Part shown: positions 28,601 through 43,489 of the stretch, in pieces
Layout of the letters: every line of letters begins with the position of its first letter
Numbering within the stretch: position 1 is the stretch's first letter
DNA from: Eledone cirrhosa
Taxonomy: Eukaryota
Reading direction: 5' to 3'
NCBI GenBank assembly: GCA_964016885.1
Contig: OZ024744.1
Location: 19,158,001 to 19,222,000, forward strand
Length of the DNA stretch: 64,000 nucleotides
Made by a program: the position numbers and the translations under genes
Notes under the pieces: model-generated
Told to the model about the DNA's origin: nothing
What the model saw: only the letters and a program-made list of their open reading frames with translations
The model's database searches: none

Positions 28601-31600
28601 ACTGGGTGTTTCTGTATGTCTGTGTCACTCTGTATGTCACTCTATCTTTGTGTATGTCTCTGTCACCGTGTATGTCACTGTGTCTTTGTGTATATGTGTG
28701 TAACCATGTAAGTAACTTATCTTTGTGTATGTCTGTGTCACTGTGTATGTCGCTGTGTCTTTCTGTATGTCTGTGTATCTGTGTATGTCACTGTATCTTT
28801 GTGGATGTCTGTGTCACCGTGTATGTCACTGTATCTTTGTGTATGTCTATGTCACTGTGTATGTCAATTCTGTGTTTCTGTATGTCTGTGTCACTGTGAA
28901 TGTCACTGTATCTTTGTGTATGTCTGTGTCGCGGTGTATGTCACTGTATCTTTGTGTATGTCTGTGTCACAGTGTATGTCACTGTATGTTTCTGTATGTC
29001 TGTCACTGTGTATATCAATGTATGTTTATGTATGCATGTGTCACTGTGTATATCAATGTATGTTTCTGTATGTCTATGTCTCTGTATGTCACTGTATCTT
29101 TGTGTATGACTGTGTCACTGTGTATGTCACTGTGTGTTTGTGTGTGTCTGTGTCACTGTGTATGTCACTGTATTATTTCTCTATGTCTGTGTCACTGTGT
29201 ATGTCACTGTATGTTTCTGTATGTCTGTGCCACTGTGTATGTCACTGTATGTTTCTGTATGTCGGTGTCACTATGTATGTCACTGTATGTTTCTCTATGT
29301 CTGTGTCACTATGTATGTCACTGTGTGTTTCTGTATGTCTGTGTCACTGTGTATGTCACTGTATGTTTCTGTATGTCTGTGTCACTGTGTATGTCAATGT
29401 GTTTGTATGTGTTTGTGTCACTGTGTATGTCACTGTATGTTTCTGTATGTCTGTGTCACTGTGTATGTCACTGTATGTTTGTGTGTGTCTGTGTCACTGT
29501 GTATGTCACTGTGTGTTTGTGTATGTATGTGTCACTGTGTATGTCACTGTGAGTTTCTGTATGTCTGTGTCACTGTGTATGTCATTGTGTGTTTCTGTAT
29601 ATCTGTGTCACAGTGTATGTCACTGTATGTTTTTGTATGCCTGTGTCACTGTGTATGCCACTGTATTTTTGTGTATGTCTGTGTCACTGTGTGTGTCACT
29701 GTGTATGTCACTGTATGTTTCTGTATGTCTGTGTCACTGTGTATGTCACTGTGTGTTTCTGTATGTCTGTGTCACTGTGTATGTCACTGTATGTTTTTGT
29801 ATGTCTGTGTCACTGTGTATGTCACTGTATGTTTTTGTATGTCTGTGTCACTGTGTATGTCACTGTGTGTTTATGTATGTCTGTGTCACTGTGTATGTCA
29901 CTGTATCTTTGTGTATGGCTGTGTCACTGTGTATGTCACTGTATGTTTGTGTATGTCTGTGTCACTGTGTATGTCACTCTGTGTTTCTCTATGTCTGTGT
30001 CACTGTGTATGTCACTGTACTTTTGTGTATGTCTGTGTCACCGTGTATGTCACTGTATATTTGTGTATGTCTGTGTCACTGTGTATGTCACTGTATCTTT
30101 GTGTATGTCTGTGTCACCGTGTATGTCACTGTATATTTGTGTATGTCTGTGGCACTATGTATGTCATTGTGTGTTTCTGTATGTCTGTGTCACTGTCTAT
30201 GTCACTGTATCTTTGTGTATGTCTGTGTCACTGTGTACGTCACTGTGTTTTTGCGTGTGTCTTTGTCACTGTGTATGTCACTGTGTGTTTCTGTATGTCT
30301 GTGTCACTGTGTATGTCACTGTGTGTTTCTGTATGTCTGTGTCACTGTGTATGTCACTGTATGTTTGTGTCTGTCTGTGTCACTGTGTATGTCACTGTGT
30401 TTTTGCGTGTGTCTGTGTCACTGTGTATGCCACTGTGTGTTTGTGTATGTATGTGTCACTGTGTATGTCACTGTGTGTTTCTGTATGTCTGCGTCGCTGT
30501 GTATGTCACTGTGTGTTTCTGTATGTCTGTGTCACTGTGTATGTCACTGTATGTTTTTGTATGTCTGTGTCACTGTGAATGCCACTGTATTTTTGTGTAT
30601 GTCTGTGTCACTGTGTGTGTCACTGTGTATGTCACTGTATGCTTCTGTATGTCTGTGTCACTGTGTATGTCACTGTGTGTTTCTGTATGTCTGTGTCACT
30701 GTTTATGTCACTGTATTTTTTTGTATGTCTGTGTCACTGTGTATATCACTGTATGTTTTTGTATGTCTGTGTCACTGTGTATGTAACTGTGTGTTTATGT
30801 ATGTCTGTGTCACTGTGTATGTCACTGTATATTTGTGTATGGCTGTGTCACTGTGTATGTCACTGTGTTTTGGGGTATGTCTGTGTCACTGTGTATGTCA
30901 CTGTGTATTTGTGTATGGAGGTGCCACTGTGTATGTCACTGTATGTTTGTGTATGTATGTGTCAGTGCGTATGTCACTGGGTGTTTCTGAATGTCTGTGT
31001 CACTGTGTATGTCACTGTAGGTTTTTGTATGTCTGTGTCACTGTGTATGTCACTCTGTGTTTCTCTATGTCTGTGTCACTGTGTATGTCACTGTATATTT
31101 GTGTATGTCTGTGTCACTGTGTATGTTACTGTATATTTGTGTATGTCTGTGTCACCGTGTATGTCACTGTATATTTGTGTATGTCTATGGCACTATGTAT
31201 GTCATTGTGTGTTTCTGTGTCTGTGTCACTCTGTATATCACTGTATCTTTGTGTATGTCTGTGTCACCGTGTATGCCATTGTATCTTTGTGTATGTCTAT
31301 GTCACTGTGTATGTCACTGTATCTTTGTGTATGTCTGTGTCACTGTGTATGTCACTGTGTGTTTGTGTATGTCTGTGTCAAGGTGTATGTCACTGTATGT
31401 TTGTGTATGTCTGTGTCACTGTGTATGTCACTGTGAGATTATGTATGTCTGAGGCACTGTGTATGTCACAGTGTGTTTCTGTATGTCTGTGTCACTGTGT
31501 ATGTCACTGTATGTCTCTGTATGTCTGTGTCACTGTCTATGTCACTGTATCGTTGTGTATGTCTGTGTCACTGTGTATGTCACTGTGTGTTTCTCAATGT

Positions 31601-34299
31601 ATGTGTCACTGTGTATGTCACTGTGTGTTTCTGTATGTCTGTGTCTCTATGTATGTCACTGTATATGTGTGTATGTGTATGTCATTGTGTATGTCACTGT
31701 GTGTTTCTGTATGTCTGTGTCACTGTGTATGTAACTGTATATTGTGTATGTTTGTGTCACTGTGTATGTCACTGTCTGTTTATGTATGTCTGTGTCACTG
31801 TTTGTGTCACTGTGTGTTTCTGTATGCCTGTGTCTCTGTGTATGTCAATGTGTCTTTGTGTATGTCTGTGTCTCCGTGTATGTCACTGGGTGTTTCTGTA
31901 TGTCTGTGTCACTGTGTGTTTCTGTATATCTGTGTCTCTGTGTATGTCACTGTATCTGTGTGTATGTCTGTGTCACTGTGTATGTCACTGTATATGTGTG
32001 TATGTGTGTGTCATTGTGTATGTCACTGTGTGTTTCTGTATGTATGTGTCACTGTGTATGTAACTGTATATTGTGTATGTTTGTGTCACTGTGTATGTCA
32101 CTGTCTGTTTATGTATGTCTGTGTCACTGTTTGTGTCACTGTGTGTTTCTGTATGCCTGTGTCTCTGTGTATGTCAATGTGTCTTTGTATATGTCTGTGT
32201 CACTGTGTATATCACTGTATGTTTGTGTATGCCTGTGTCACTGTGTATGTCACCCTATGTTTGTCTATGTCTGTGTCACTGTGTATGTCACTGTATGTTT
32301 CTGTATGTCTGTGTCACTGTGTATGTCAATGTGTGTTTCTGTATCTCTGTGTCACGGCGTATGTCACTGTATGTTTGTGTATGTCTGTGTCACTGTGTAT
32401 GTCACTGTATGTTTCTCTATGTCTGTGTCACTGTGTATGTCACTGTATGTTTCTGTATGTCTGTGCCACTGTGTATGTCACTGTATGTTTCTGAAAGTCG
32501 GTGTCACTGTGTATGTCACTGTATGTTTCTCTATGTCTGTGTCACTATGTATGTAACTGTATGTTTGTGTATGTCTGTGTCACTGTGTATGTCACTGTAT
32601 GTTTGTGTATGTCTGTGTCACTGTCTATGTCACTGTGTGTTTCTGTATGTCTGTGTCATTGTGTATGTCACTGTATGTTTCTGTATGTCTGTGTCACTGT
32701 GTATATCACTGTGTATATCACTGTGTGTTCCTGTATGTCTGCGTCACTGTGTATGTCACTGTATCTTTGTGTATGTATGTGTCACCGTGGATGTCACTGT
32801 ATCTCTGTGTATGTCTGTGTCACTGTCAATGTCACTGTATCTTTGTGTATGTCTGTGTCACTGTGTATGTCACTGTGTGTTTGTGTATGCATGTGTCACT
32901 GTGTATGTCACTGGGTGTTTCTGTGTGTCTGTGTCACTCTGTATGTCACTGTATCTTTGTGTATGTCTGTGTCACCGTGTATGTCACTGTATCTTTGTGT
33001 ATGTATGTGTCACTGTGTATGTCACTTTGTGTTTCTGTATGTCTGTGTCACGGTGTATGTCACTGTATTTTTGTGTATGTCTGTGTCACTGTGTGTGTCA
33101 CTGTGTATGTCACTGTATGCTTCTGTATGTCTGTGTCACTGTGTATGTCACTGTGTGTTTCTGTATGTCTGTGTCACTGTGTATGTCACTGTATGTTTTT
33201 GTATGTCTGTGTCACTGTGTATGTCACTGTATGTTTTTGTATGTCTGTGTCACTGTGTATGTCACAGTATGTTTATGTATGTCTGTGTCACTGTGTATGT
33301 CACTGTATCTTTGTGTATGGCTGTGTCACTGTGTATGTCACTGTGTGTTTGGGTATGTCTGTGTCACTGTGTATTTGTGTATGGCTGTGCCACTGTGTAT
33401 GTCACTGTATGTTGTGTATATCTGTGTCACTGTGTATGTCACTGTATTTTTGTGTATGTCTGTGTCACCGTGTATGTCACTGTATATTTGTGTATGTCTG
33501 TTTCACTGTGTATGTCACTGTATCTTTGTGTATGTCTGTGTCACCGTGTATGTCACTGTATATTTGTGTATGTCTATGGCACTATGTATGTCATTGTGTG
33601 TTTTTGTATGTCTGTGTCACTGTCTATGTCACTGTATCTTTGTGTATGTATGTGTCAGTGCGTATGTCACTGGGTGTTTCTGTATGTCTGTGTCACTCTG
33701 TCTATCACTGTATCTTTGTGTATGTCTGTGTCACCGTGTATGCCATTGTATCTTTGTGTATGTCTATGTCACTGTGTATGTCACTGTATCTTTGTGTATG
33801 TCTGTGTCACTGTGTATGTCACTGTGTGTTTTTGTATGTCTGTGTCAAGGTGTATGTCACTGTATGTTTGTGTATGTCTGTGTCACTGTGTATGTCACTG
33901 TGAGATTATGTATGTCTGAGGCACTGTGTATGTCACAGTGTGTTTCTGTATGTCTGTGTCACTGTGTATGTCACTGTATGTCTATGTATGTCTGTGTCAC
34001 TGTCTATGTTACTGTATCTGTGTGTATGTCTGTGCCACTGTGTATGTCACTGTATATGTGTGTATGTCTGTGTCACTGTGTATGTCACTGTGTGTTTCTG
34101 TATGTATGTGTCACTGTGTATGTAACTGTATATTTGTGTATGTTTGTGTCACTGTGTATGTCACTGTCTGTTTATGTATGTCTGTGTCACTGTTTGTGTC
34201 ACTGTGTGTTTCTGTATGCCTGTGTCTCTGTGTATGTCAATGTGTCTTTGTATATGTCTGTGTCACGGCGTATGTCACTGTATGTTTGTGTATGTCTGT

Positions 34300-36830
34300 G
34301 TCACTGTGTATGTCACTGTGTGTTTCTGTATGTCTGTGTCACTGTGTATATCACTGTATCTGTGTGTATGTCTGTGTCACTGTGTATGTCACTGTGTGTT
34401 TCTGTATGTCTGTGTCACTGTGTATGTCATTGTGTGTTTCTGTATGCCTGTGTCTGTGTATGTCACTGTATCTTTGTGTATGTCTGTGTCACGGTGTATG
34501 TCACTGTATGTTTGTGTATGCCTGTGTCACTCTTATATCAATGAATGTTTCTGTATGTCTATGTCTCTGTGTATGTCACTGTATCTTTGTGTATGTCTGT
34601 GGCACTCTGTATGTCATTGTGTGTTTCTGTATGTCTGTGTCACTGTCTATGTCACTGTATCTTTGTGTATGTCTGTGTCACTGTGTATGTCACTGTGTGT
34701 TTGTGTATGCCTGTGTCACTGTGTATGTCACTGTGTGTTTCTGTATGTCTGTGTCACTGTGTATGTCACTGGGGGTTTCTCTATGTCTGTGTCACTTTGT
34801 ATGTCACTGTATCTTTGTGTATGTATGTGTCACTGTGTATGTCCCTGTATCTTTGTGTATGTCTGTGTCACCGTGTATGTCACTGTATCTTTGTGTATGT
34901 ATGTGTCACTGTGTAAGTCATTGTATCTTTGTGTATGTCTGTGGCACTCTGTATGTCACTGTGTGTTTCTATATGTCTGTGTCACTGTCTATGTCACTGT
35001 ATCTTTGTGTATTTATGTGTCACTGTGTATGTCACTGTGTGTTTCTGTATGTCTGTGTCTCTGTGTATGTCACTGTATCTCTGTGTATGTCTGTGTCACT
35101 GTGTATGTCACTGTGTGTTTGTGTATGCCTGTGTGACTGTGTATTTCACTGTTTGTTTCTTTATGTATGTGTCACTGTGTATGTCACTGTGTGTTTCTGT
35201 ATGTCTGTGTCACTGTGTATGTCACTGTATCTTTGTGTATGTCTGTGTCACTGTGTATGTCACTGTGTGTTTCTGTATGTCTGTGTCACTGTGTATGTCA
35301 ATGTGTGTTTATGTATGCCTGTGTCTGTGTATGTCACTGTATCTTTGTGTATGTCTGTGTCACGGTGTATGTCACTGTATGTTTGTGTATGCCTGTGTCA
35401 CTCTTATATCAATGAATGTTTCTGTATGTCTATGTCTCTGTGTATGTCACTGTATCTTTGTGTATGTTTGTGGCACTCTGTATGTCATTGTGTGTTTCTG
35501 TATGTCTGTGTCACTGTCTATGTCACTGTATCTTTGTGTATGTCTGTGTCACTGTGTATGTCACTGTGTGTTTGTGTATGCCTGTGTCACTGTGTATGTC
35601 ACTGTGTGTTTCTATATGTCTGTGTCACTGTGTATGTCACTGGGTGTTTCTCAATGTCTGTGTCACTTTGTATGTCACTGTATCTTTGTGTATGTATGTG
35701 TCACTGTGTATGTCCCTGTATCTTTGTGTATGTCTGTGTCACCGTGTATGTCACTGTATCTGTGTATGTATGTGTCACTGTGTAAGACATTGTATCTTTG
35801 TGTATGTCTGTGGCACTCTGTATGTCACTGTGTGTTTCTATATGTCTGTGTCACTGTCTATGTCACTGTATCTTTGTGTATGTATGTGTCACTGTGTATG
35901 TCACTGTGTGTTTCTGTATGTCTGTGTCTCTGTGTATGTCACTGTATCTCTGTGTATGTCTGTGTCACTGTGTATGTCACTCTGTGTTTGTGTATGCCTG
36001 TGTGACTGTGTATTTCACTGTTTGTTTCTTTATGTATGTGTCACTGTGTATGTCACTGTGTGTTTCTGTATGTCTGTGTCACTGTGTATGTCACTGTATC
36101 TTTGTGTATGTCTGTGTCACTGTGTATGTCACTGTGTGTTTCTGTATGTCTGTGTCACTGTGTATGTCATTGTGTGTTTCTGTATGCCTGTGTCTGTGTA
36201 TGTCACTGTATCTTTGTGTATGTCTGTGTCACGGTGTATGTCACTGTATGTTTGTGTATGCCTGTGTCACTCTTATATCAATGAATGTTTCTGTATGTCT
36301 ATGTCTCTGTGTATGTCACTGTATCTTTGTTTGTGCCTGTGGCACTCTGTATGTCATTGTGTGTTTCTGTATGTCTGTGTCACTGTCTATGTCACTGTAT
36401 CTTTGTGTATGTCTGTGTCACTGTGTATGTCACTGTGTGTTTGTGTATGCCTGTGTCACTGTGTATGTTACTGTGTGTTTCTGTATGTCTGTGTCACTGT
36501 GTATGTCACTGGGTGTTTCTCCAAGTCTGTGTCACTTTGTATGTCACTGTATCTTTGTGTATGTATGTGTCACTGTGTATGTCCCTGTATCTTTGTCTAT
36601 GTCTGTGTCACCGTGTATGTCACTGTATATTTGTGTATGTATGTGTCACTGTGTAAGTCATTGTATCTTTGTGTATGTCTGTGGCACTCTGTATGTCACT
36701 GTGTGTTTCTATATGTCTGTGTCACTGTCTATGTCACTGTATCTCTGTGTATGTATGTGTCACTGTGTATGTCACTGTGTGTTTCTGTATGTCTGTGTCT
36801 GTGTATGTCACTGTATCTCTGTGTATGACT
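34300..36830 (+). repeat. About 3 tandem copies of an 869/871-bp sub-repeat (about 23 monomers)
   Basis: CTTATATCAATGAATG marker, with ORF stops at 34544, 35415 and 36284 (spacing 871, 869). GTGACTGTGTATTTCAC and GTAAGTCA co-recur. Confidence 0.9.
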
Positions 36831-39800
36831 GTGTCACTGTGTATGTCACTGTGTGTTTGTGTGTGTCTGTGTCACTGTGTATGTCACTGTATGTTTCTCT
36901 ATGTCTGTGTCACTGTGTATGTCACTGTATGTTTCTGTATGTCTGTGCCACTGTGTATGTCACTGTATGTTTCTGTATGTCGGTGTCACTGTGTATGTCA
37001 CTGTATGTTTCTCTATGTCTGTGTCACTATGTATGTCACTGTGTGTTTCTGTATGTCTGTGTCACTGTGTATGTCACTGTATGTTTCTGTATGTCTGTGT
37101 CACTGTGTATGTCAATGTGTTTGTATGTGTTTGTGTCACTGTGTATGTCACTGTATGTTTCTGTATGTCTGTGTCACTGTGTATGTCACTGTATGTTTGT
37201 GTGTGTCTGTGTCACTGTGTATGTCACTGTGTTTTTGCGTGTGTCTGTGTCACTGTGTATGTCACTGTGTGTTTGTGTATGTATGTGTCAATGTGTATGT
37301 CACTGTGTGTTTCTGTATGTCTGTGTCACTGTGTATGTCACTGTATGTTTTTGTATGTCTGTGTCACTGTGTATGTCACTGTATGTTTGTGTGTGTCTGT
37401 GTCACTGTGTATGTCACTGTGTTTTTGCGTGTGTCTGTGTCACTGTGTATGTCACTGTGTGTTTGTGTATGTATGTGTCACTGTGTATGTCATTGTGTGT
37501 TTCTGTATGTCTGTGTCACAGTGTATGTCACTGTATGTTTTTGTATGCCTGTGTCACTGTGTATGCCACTGTATTTTTGTGTATGTCTGTGTCACTGTGT
37601 GTGTCACTGTGTATGTCACTGTATGTTTCTGTATGTCTGTGTCACTGTGTATGTCACTGTGTGTTTCTGTATGTCTGTGTCACTGTGTATGTCACTGTAT
37701 GTTTTTGTATGTCTGTGTCACTGTGTATGTCACTGTATGTTTTTGTATGTCTGTGTCACTGTGTATGTCACTGTGTGTTTATGTATGTCTGTGTCACTGT
37801 GTATGTCACTGTATCTTTGTGTATGTCTGTGTCACTGTGTATGTCACTCTGTGTTTCTCTATGTCTGTGTCACTGTGTATGTCACTGTACTTTTGTGTAT
37901 GTCTGTGTCACCGTGTATGTCACTGTATATTTGTGTATGTCTGTGTCACTGTGTATGTCACTGTATCTTTGTGTATGTCTGTGTCACCGTGTATGTCACT
38001 GTATATTTGTGTATGTCTGTGGCACTATGTATGTCATTGTGTGTTTCTGTATGTCTGTGTCACTGTCTATGTCACTGTATCTTTGTGTATGTCTGTGTCA
38101 CTGTGTACGTCACTGTGTTTTTGCGTGTGTCTGTGTCACTGTGTATGTCACTGTGTGTTTCTGTATGTCTGTGTCACTGTGTATGTCACTGTGTGTTTCT
38201 GTATGTCTGTGTCACTGTGTATGTCACTGTATGTTTTTGTATGTCTGTGTCACTGTGAATGCCACTGTATTTTTGTGTATGTCTGTGTCACTGTGTGTGT
38301 CACTGTGTATGTCACTGTATGCTTCTGTATGTCTGTGTCACTGTGTATGTCACTGTGTGTTTCTGTATGTCTGTGTCACTGTGTATGTCACTGTATTTTT
38401 TTGTATGTCTGTGTCACTGTGTATGTCACTGTATGTTTTTGTATGTCTGTGTCACTGTGTATGTCACTGTGTGTTTATGTATGTCTGTGTCACTGTGTAT
38501 GTCACTGTATATTTGTGTATGGCTGTGTCACTGTGTATGTCACTGTGTTTTTGGGTATGTCTGTGTCACTGTGTATGTCACTGTGTATTTGTGTATGGAG
38601 GTGCCACTGTGTATGTCACTGTATGTTTGTGTATGTATGTGTCAGTGCGTATGTCACTGGGTGTTTCTGAATGTCTGTGTCACTGTGTATGTCACTGTAG
38701 GTTTTTGTATGTCTGTGTCACTGTGTATGTCACTCTGTGTTTCTCTATCTCTGTGTCACTGTGTATGTCACTGTATATTTGTGTATGTCTGTGTCACTGT
38801 GTATGTCACTGTATATTTGTGTATGTCTGTGTCACCGTGTATGTCACTGTATATTTGTTTATGTCTATGGCACTATGTATGTCATTGTGTGTTTCTGTAT
38901 GTCTGTGTCACTCTGTATATCACTGTATCTTTGTGTATGTCTGTGTCACCGTGTATGCCATTGTATCTTTGTGTAAGTCTATGTCACTGTGTATGTCACT
39001 GTATCTTTGTGTATGTCTGTGTCACTGTGTATGTCACTGTGTGTTTGTGTATGTCTGTGTCAAGGTGTATGTCACTGTATGTTTGTGTATGTCTGTGTCA
39101 CTGTGTATGTCACTGTGAGATTATGTATGTCTGAGGCACTGTGTATGTCACAGTGTGTTTCTGTATGTCTGTGTCACCGTGTATGTCACTGTATGTCTCT
39201 GTATGTCTGTGTCACTGTCTATGTCACTGTATCGTTGTGTATGTCTGTGTCACTGTGTATGTCACTGTGTGTTTCTCAATGTATGTGTCACTGTGTATGT
39301 CACTGTGTGTTTCTGTATGTCTGTGTCTCTATGTATGTCACTGTATATGTGTGTATGTGTGTGTCATTGTGTATGTCACTGTGTGTTTCTGTATGTCTGT
39401 GTCACTGTGTATGTAACTGTATATTGTGTATGTTTGTGTCACTGTGTATGTCACTGTCTGTTTATGTATGTCTGTGTCACTGTTTGTGTCACTGTGTGTT
39501 TCTGTATGCCTGTGTCTCTGTGTATGTCAATGTGTCTTTGTGTATGTCTGTGTCTCCGTGTATGTCACTGGGTGTTTCTGTATGTCTGTGTCACTGTGTG
39601 TTTCTGTATATCTGTGTCTCTGTGTATGTCACTGTATCTGTGTGTATGTCTGTGTCACTGTGTATGTCACTGTATATGTGTGTATGTGTGTGTCATTGTT
39701 TATGTCACTGTGTGTTTCTGTATGTATGTGTCACTGTGTATGTAACTGTATATTGTGTATGTTTGTGTCACTGTGTATGTCACTGTCTGTTTATGTATGT

Positions 39801-42800
39801 CTGTGTCACTGTTTGTGTCACTGTGTGTTTCTGTATGCCTGTGTCTCTGTGTATGTCAATGTGTCTTTGTATATGTCTGTGTCACTGTGTATATCACTGT
39901 ATGTTTGTGTATGTCTGTGTCACTGTGTATGTCACTGTATGTTTTTGTATGTCTGTGTCACTGTGTATGTCACTGTGTGTTTATGTATGTCTGTGTCACT
40001 GTGTATGTCATTGTATATTTGTGTATGGCTGTGTCACTGTGTATGTCACTGTGTTTTTGGGTATGTCTGTGTCACTGTGTATGTCACTGTGTATTTGTGT
40101 ATGGAGGTGCCACTGTGTATGTCACTGTATGTTTGTGTATGTATGTGTCAGTGCGTATGTCACTAGGTGTTTCTGAATGTCTGTGTCACTGTGTATGTCA
40201 CTGTAGGTTTTTGTATGTCTGTGTCACTGTGTATGTCACTCTGTGTTTCTCTATGTCTGTGTCACTGTGTATGTCACTGTATATTTGTGTATGTCTGTGT
40301 CACTGTGTATGTCACTGTATATTTGTGTATGTCTGTGTCACCGTGTATGTCACTGTATATTTGTGTATGTCTATGGCACTATGTATGTCATTGTGTGTTT
40401 CTGTATGTCTGTGTCACTCTGTATATCACTGTATCTTTGTGTATGTCTGTGTCACCGTGTATGCCATTGTATCTTTGTGTATGTCTATGTCACTGTGTAT
40501 GTCACTGTATCTTTGTGTATGTCTGTGTCACTGTGTATGTCACTGTGTGTTTGTGTATGTCTGTGTCAAGGTGTATGTCACTGTATGTTTGTGTATGTCT
40601 GTGTCACTGTGTATGTCACTGTGAGATTATGTATGTCTGAGGCACTGTGTATGTCACAGTGTGTTTCTGTATGTCTGTGTCAATGTGTATGTCACTGTAT
40701 GTCTCTGTATGTCTGTGTCACTGTCTATGTCACTGTATCGTTGTGTATGTCTGTGTCACTGTGTATGTCACTGTGTGTTTCTCAATGTATGTGTCACTGT
40801 GTATGTCACTGTGTGTTTCTGTATGTCTGTGTCTCTATGTATGTCACTGTATATGTGTGTATGTGTGTGTCATTGTGTATGTCACTGTGTGTTTCTGTAT
40901 GTCTGTGTCACTGTGTATGTAACTGTATATTGTGTATGTTTGTGTCACTGTGTATGTCACTGTCTGTTTATGTATGTCTGTGTCACTGTTTGTGTCACTG
41001 TGTGTTTCTGTATGCCTGTGTCTCTGTGTATGTCAATGTGTCTTTGTGTATGTCTGTGTCTCCGTGTATGTCACTGGGTGTTTCTGTATGTCTGTGTCAC
41101 TGTGTGTTTCTGTATATCTGTGTCTCTGTGTATGTCACTGTATCTGTGTGTATGTCTGTGTCACTGTGTATGTCACTGTATATGTGTGTATGTGTGTGTC
41201 ATTGTGTATGTCACTGTGTGTTTCTGTATGTATGTGTCACTGTGTATGTAACTGTATATTGTGTATGTTTGTGTCACTGTGTATGTCACTGTCTGTTTAT
41301 GTATGTCTGTGTCACTGTTTGTGTCACTGTGTGTTTCTGTATGCCTGTGTCTCTGTGTATGTCAATGTGTCTTTGTATATGTCTGTGTCACTGTGTATAT
41401 CACTGTATGTTTGTGTATGCCTGTGTCACTGTGTATGTCACCCTATGTTTGTCTATGTCTGTGTCACTGTGTATGTCACTGTATGTTTCTGTATGTCTGT
41501 GTCACTGTGTATGTCAATGTGTGTTTCTGTATCTCTGTGTCACGGCGTATGTCACTGTATGTTTGTGTATGTCTGTGTCACTGTGTATGTCACTGTATGT
41601 TTCTCTATGTCTGTGTCACTGTGTATGTCACTGTATGTTTCTGTATGTCTGTGCCACTGTGTATGTCACTGTATGTTTCTGAAAGTCGGTGTCACTGTGT
41701 ATGTCACTGTATGTTTCTCTATGTCTGTGTCACTATGTATGTAACTGTATGTTTGTGTATGTCTGTGTCACTGTGTATGTCACTGTATGTTTGTGTATGT
41801 CTGTGTCACTGTCTATGTCACTGTGTGTTTCTGTATGTCTGTGTCATTGTGTATGTCACTGTATGTTTCTGTATGTCTGTGTCACTGTGTATATCACTGT
41901 GTATATCACTGTGTGTTCCTGTATGTCTGCGTCACTGTGTATGTCACTGTATCTTTGTGTATGTATGTGTCACCGTGGATGTCACTGTATCTCTGTGTAT
42001 GTCTGTGTCACTGTCAATGTCACTGTATCTTTGTGTATGTCTGTGTCACTGTGTATGTCACTGTGTGTTTGTGTATGCATGTGTCACTGTGTATGTCACT
42101 GGGTGTTTCTGTGTGTCTGTGTCACTCTGTATGTCACTGTATCTTTGTGTATGTCTGTGTCACCGTGTATGTCACTGTATCTTTGTGTATGTATGTGTCA
42201 CTGTGTATGTCACTTTGTGTTTCTGTATGTCTGTGTCACGGTGTATGTCACTGTATTTTTGTGTATGTCTGTGTCACTGTGTGTGTCACTGTGTATGTCA
42301 CTGTATGCTTCTGTATGTCTGTGTCACTGTGTATGTCACTGTGTGTTTCTGTATGTCTGTGTCACTGTGTATGTCACTGTATGTTTTTGTATGTCTGTGT
42401 CACTGTGTATGTCACTGTATGTTTTTGTATGTCTGTGTCACTGTGTATGTCACAGTATGTTTATGTATGTCTGTGTCACTGTGTATGTCACTGTATCTTT
42501 GTGTATGGCTGTGTCACTGTGTATGTCACTGTGTGTTTGGGTATGTCTGTGTCACTGTGTATTTGTGTATGGCTGTGCCACTGTGTATGTCACTGTATGT
42601 TGTGTATATCTGTGTCACTGTGTATGTCACTGTATTTTTGTGTATGTCTGTGTCACCGTGTATGTCACTGTATATTTGTGTATGTCTGTTTCACTGTGTA
42701 TGTCACTGTATCTTTGTGTATGTCTGTGTCACCGTGTATGTCACTGTATATTTGTGTATGTCTATGGCACTATGTATGTCATTGTGTGTTTTTGTATGTC

Positions 42801-43489
42801 TGTGTCACTGTCTATGTCACTGTATCTTTGTGTATGTATGTGTCAGTGCGTATGTCACTGGGTGTTTCTGTATGTCTGTGTCACTCTGTCTATCACTGTA
42901 TCTTTGTGTATGTCTGTGTCACCGTGTATGCCATTGTATCTTTGTGTATGTCTATGTCACTGTGTATGTCACTGTATCTTTGTGTATGTCTGTGTCACTG
43001 TGTATGTCACTGTGTGTTTCTGTATGTCTGTGTCAAGGTGTATGTCACTGTATGTTTGTGTATGTCTGTGTCACTGTGTATGTCACTGTGAGATTATGTA
43101 TGTCTGAGGCACTGTGTATGTCACAGTGTGTTTCTGTATGTCTGTGTCACTGTGTATGTCACTGTATGTCTATGTATGTCTGTGTCACTGTCTATGTTAC
43201 TGTATCTGTGTGTATGTCTGTGCCACTGTGTATGTCACTGTATATGTGTGTATGTCTGTGTCACTGTGTATGTCACTGTGTGTTTCTGTATGTATGTGTC
43301 ACTGTGTATGTAACTGTATATTTGTGTATGTTTGTGTCACTGTGTATGTCACTGTCTGTTTATGTATGTCTGTGTCACTGTTTGTGTCACTGTGTGTTTC
43401 TGTATGCCTGTGTCTCTGTGTATGTCAATGTGTCTTTGTATATGTCTGTGTCACGGCGTATGTCACTGTATGTTTGTGTATGTCTGTGT

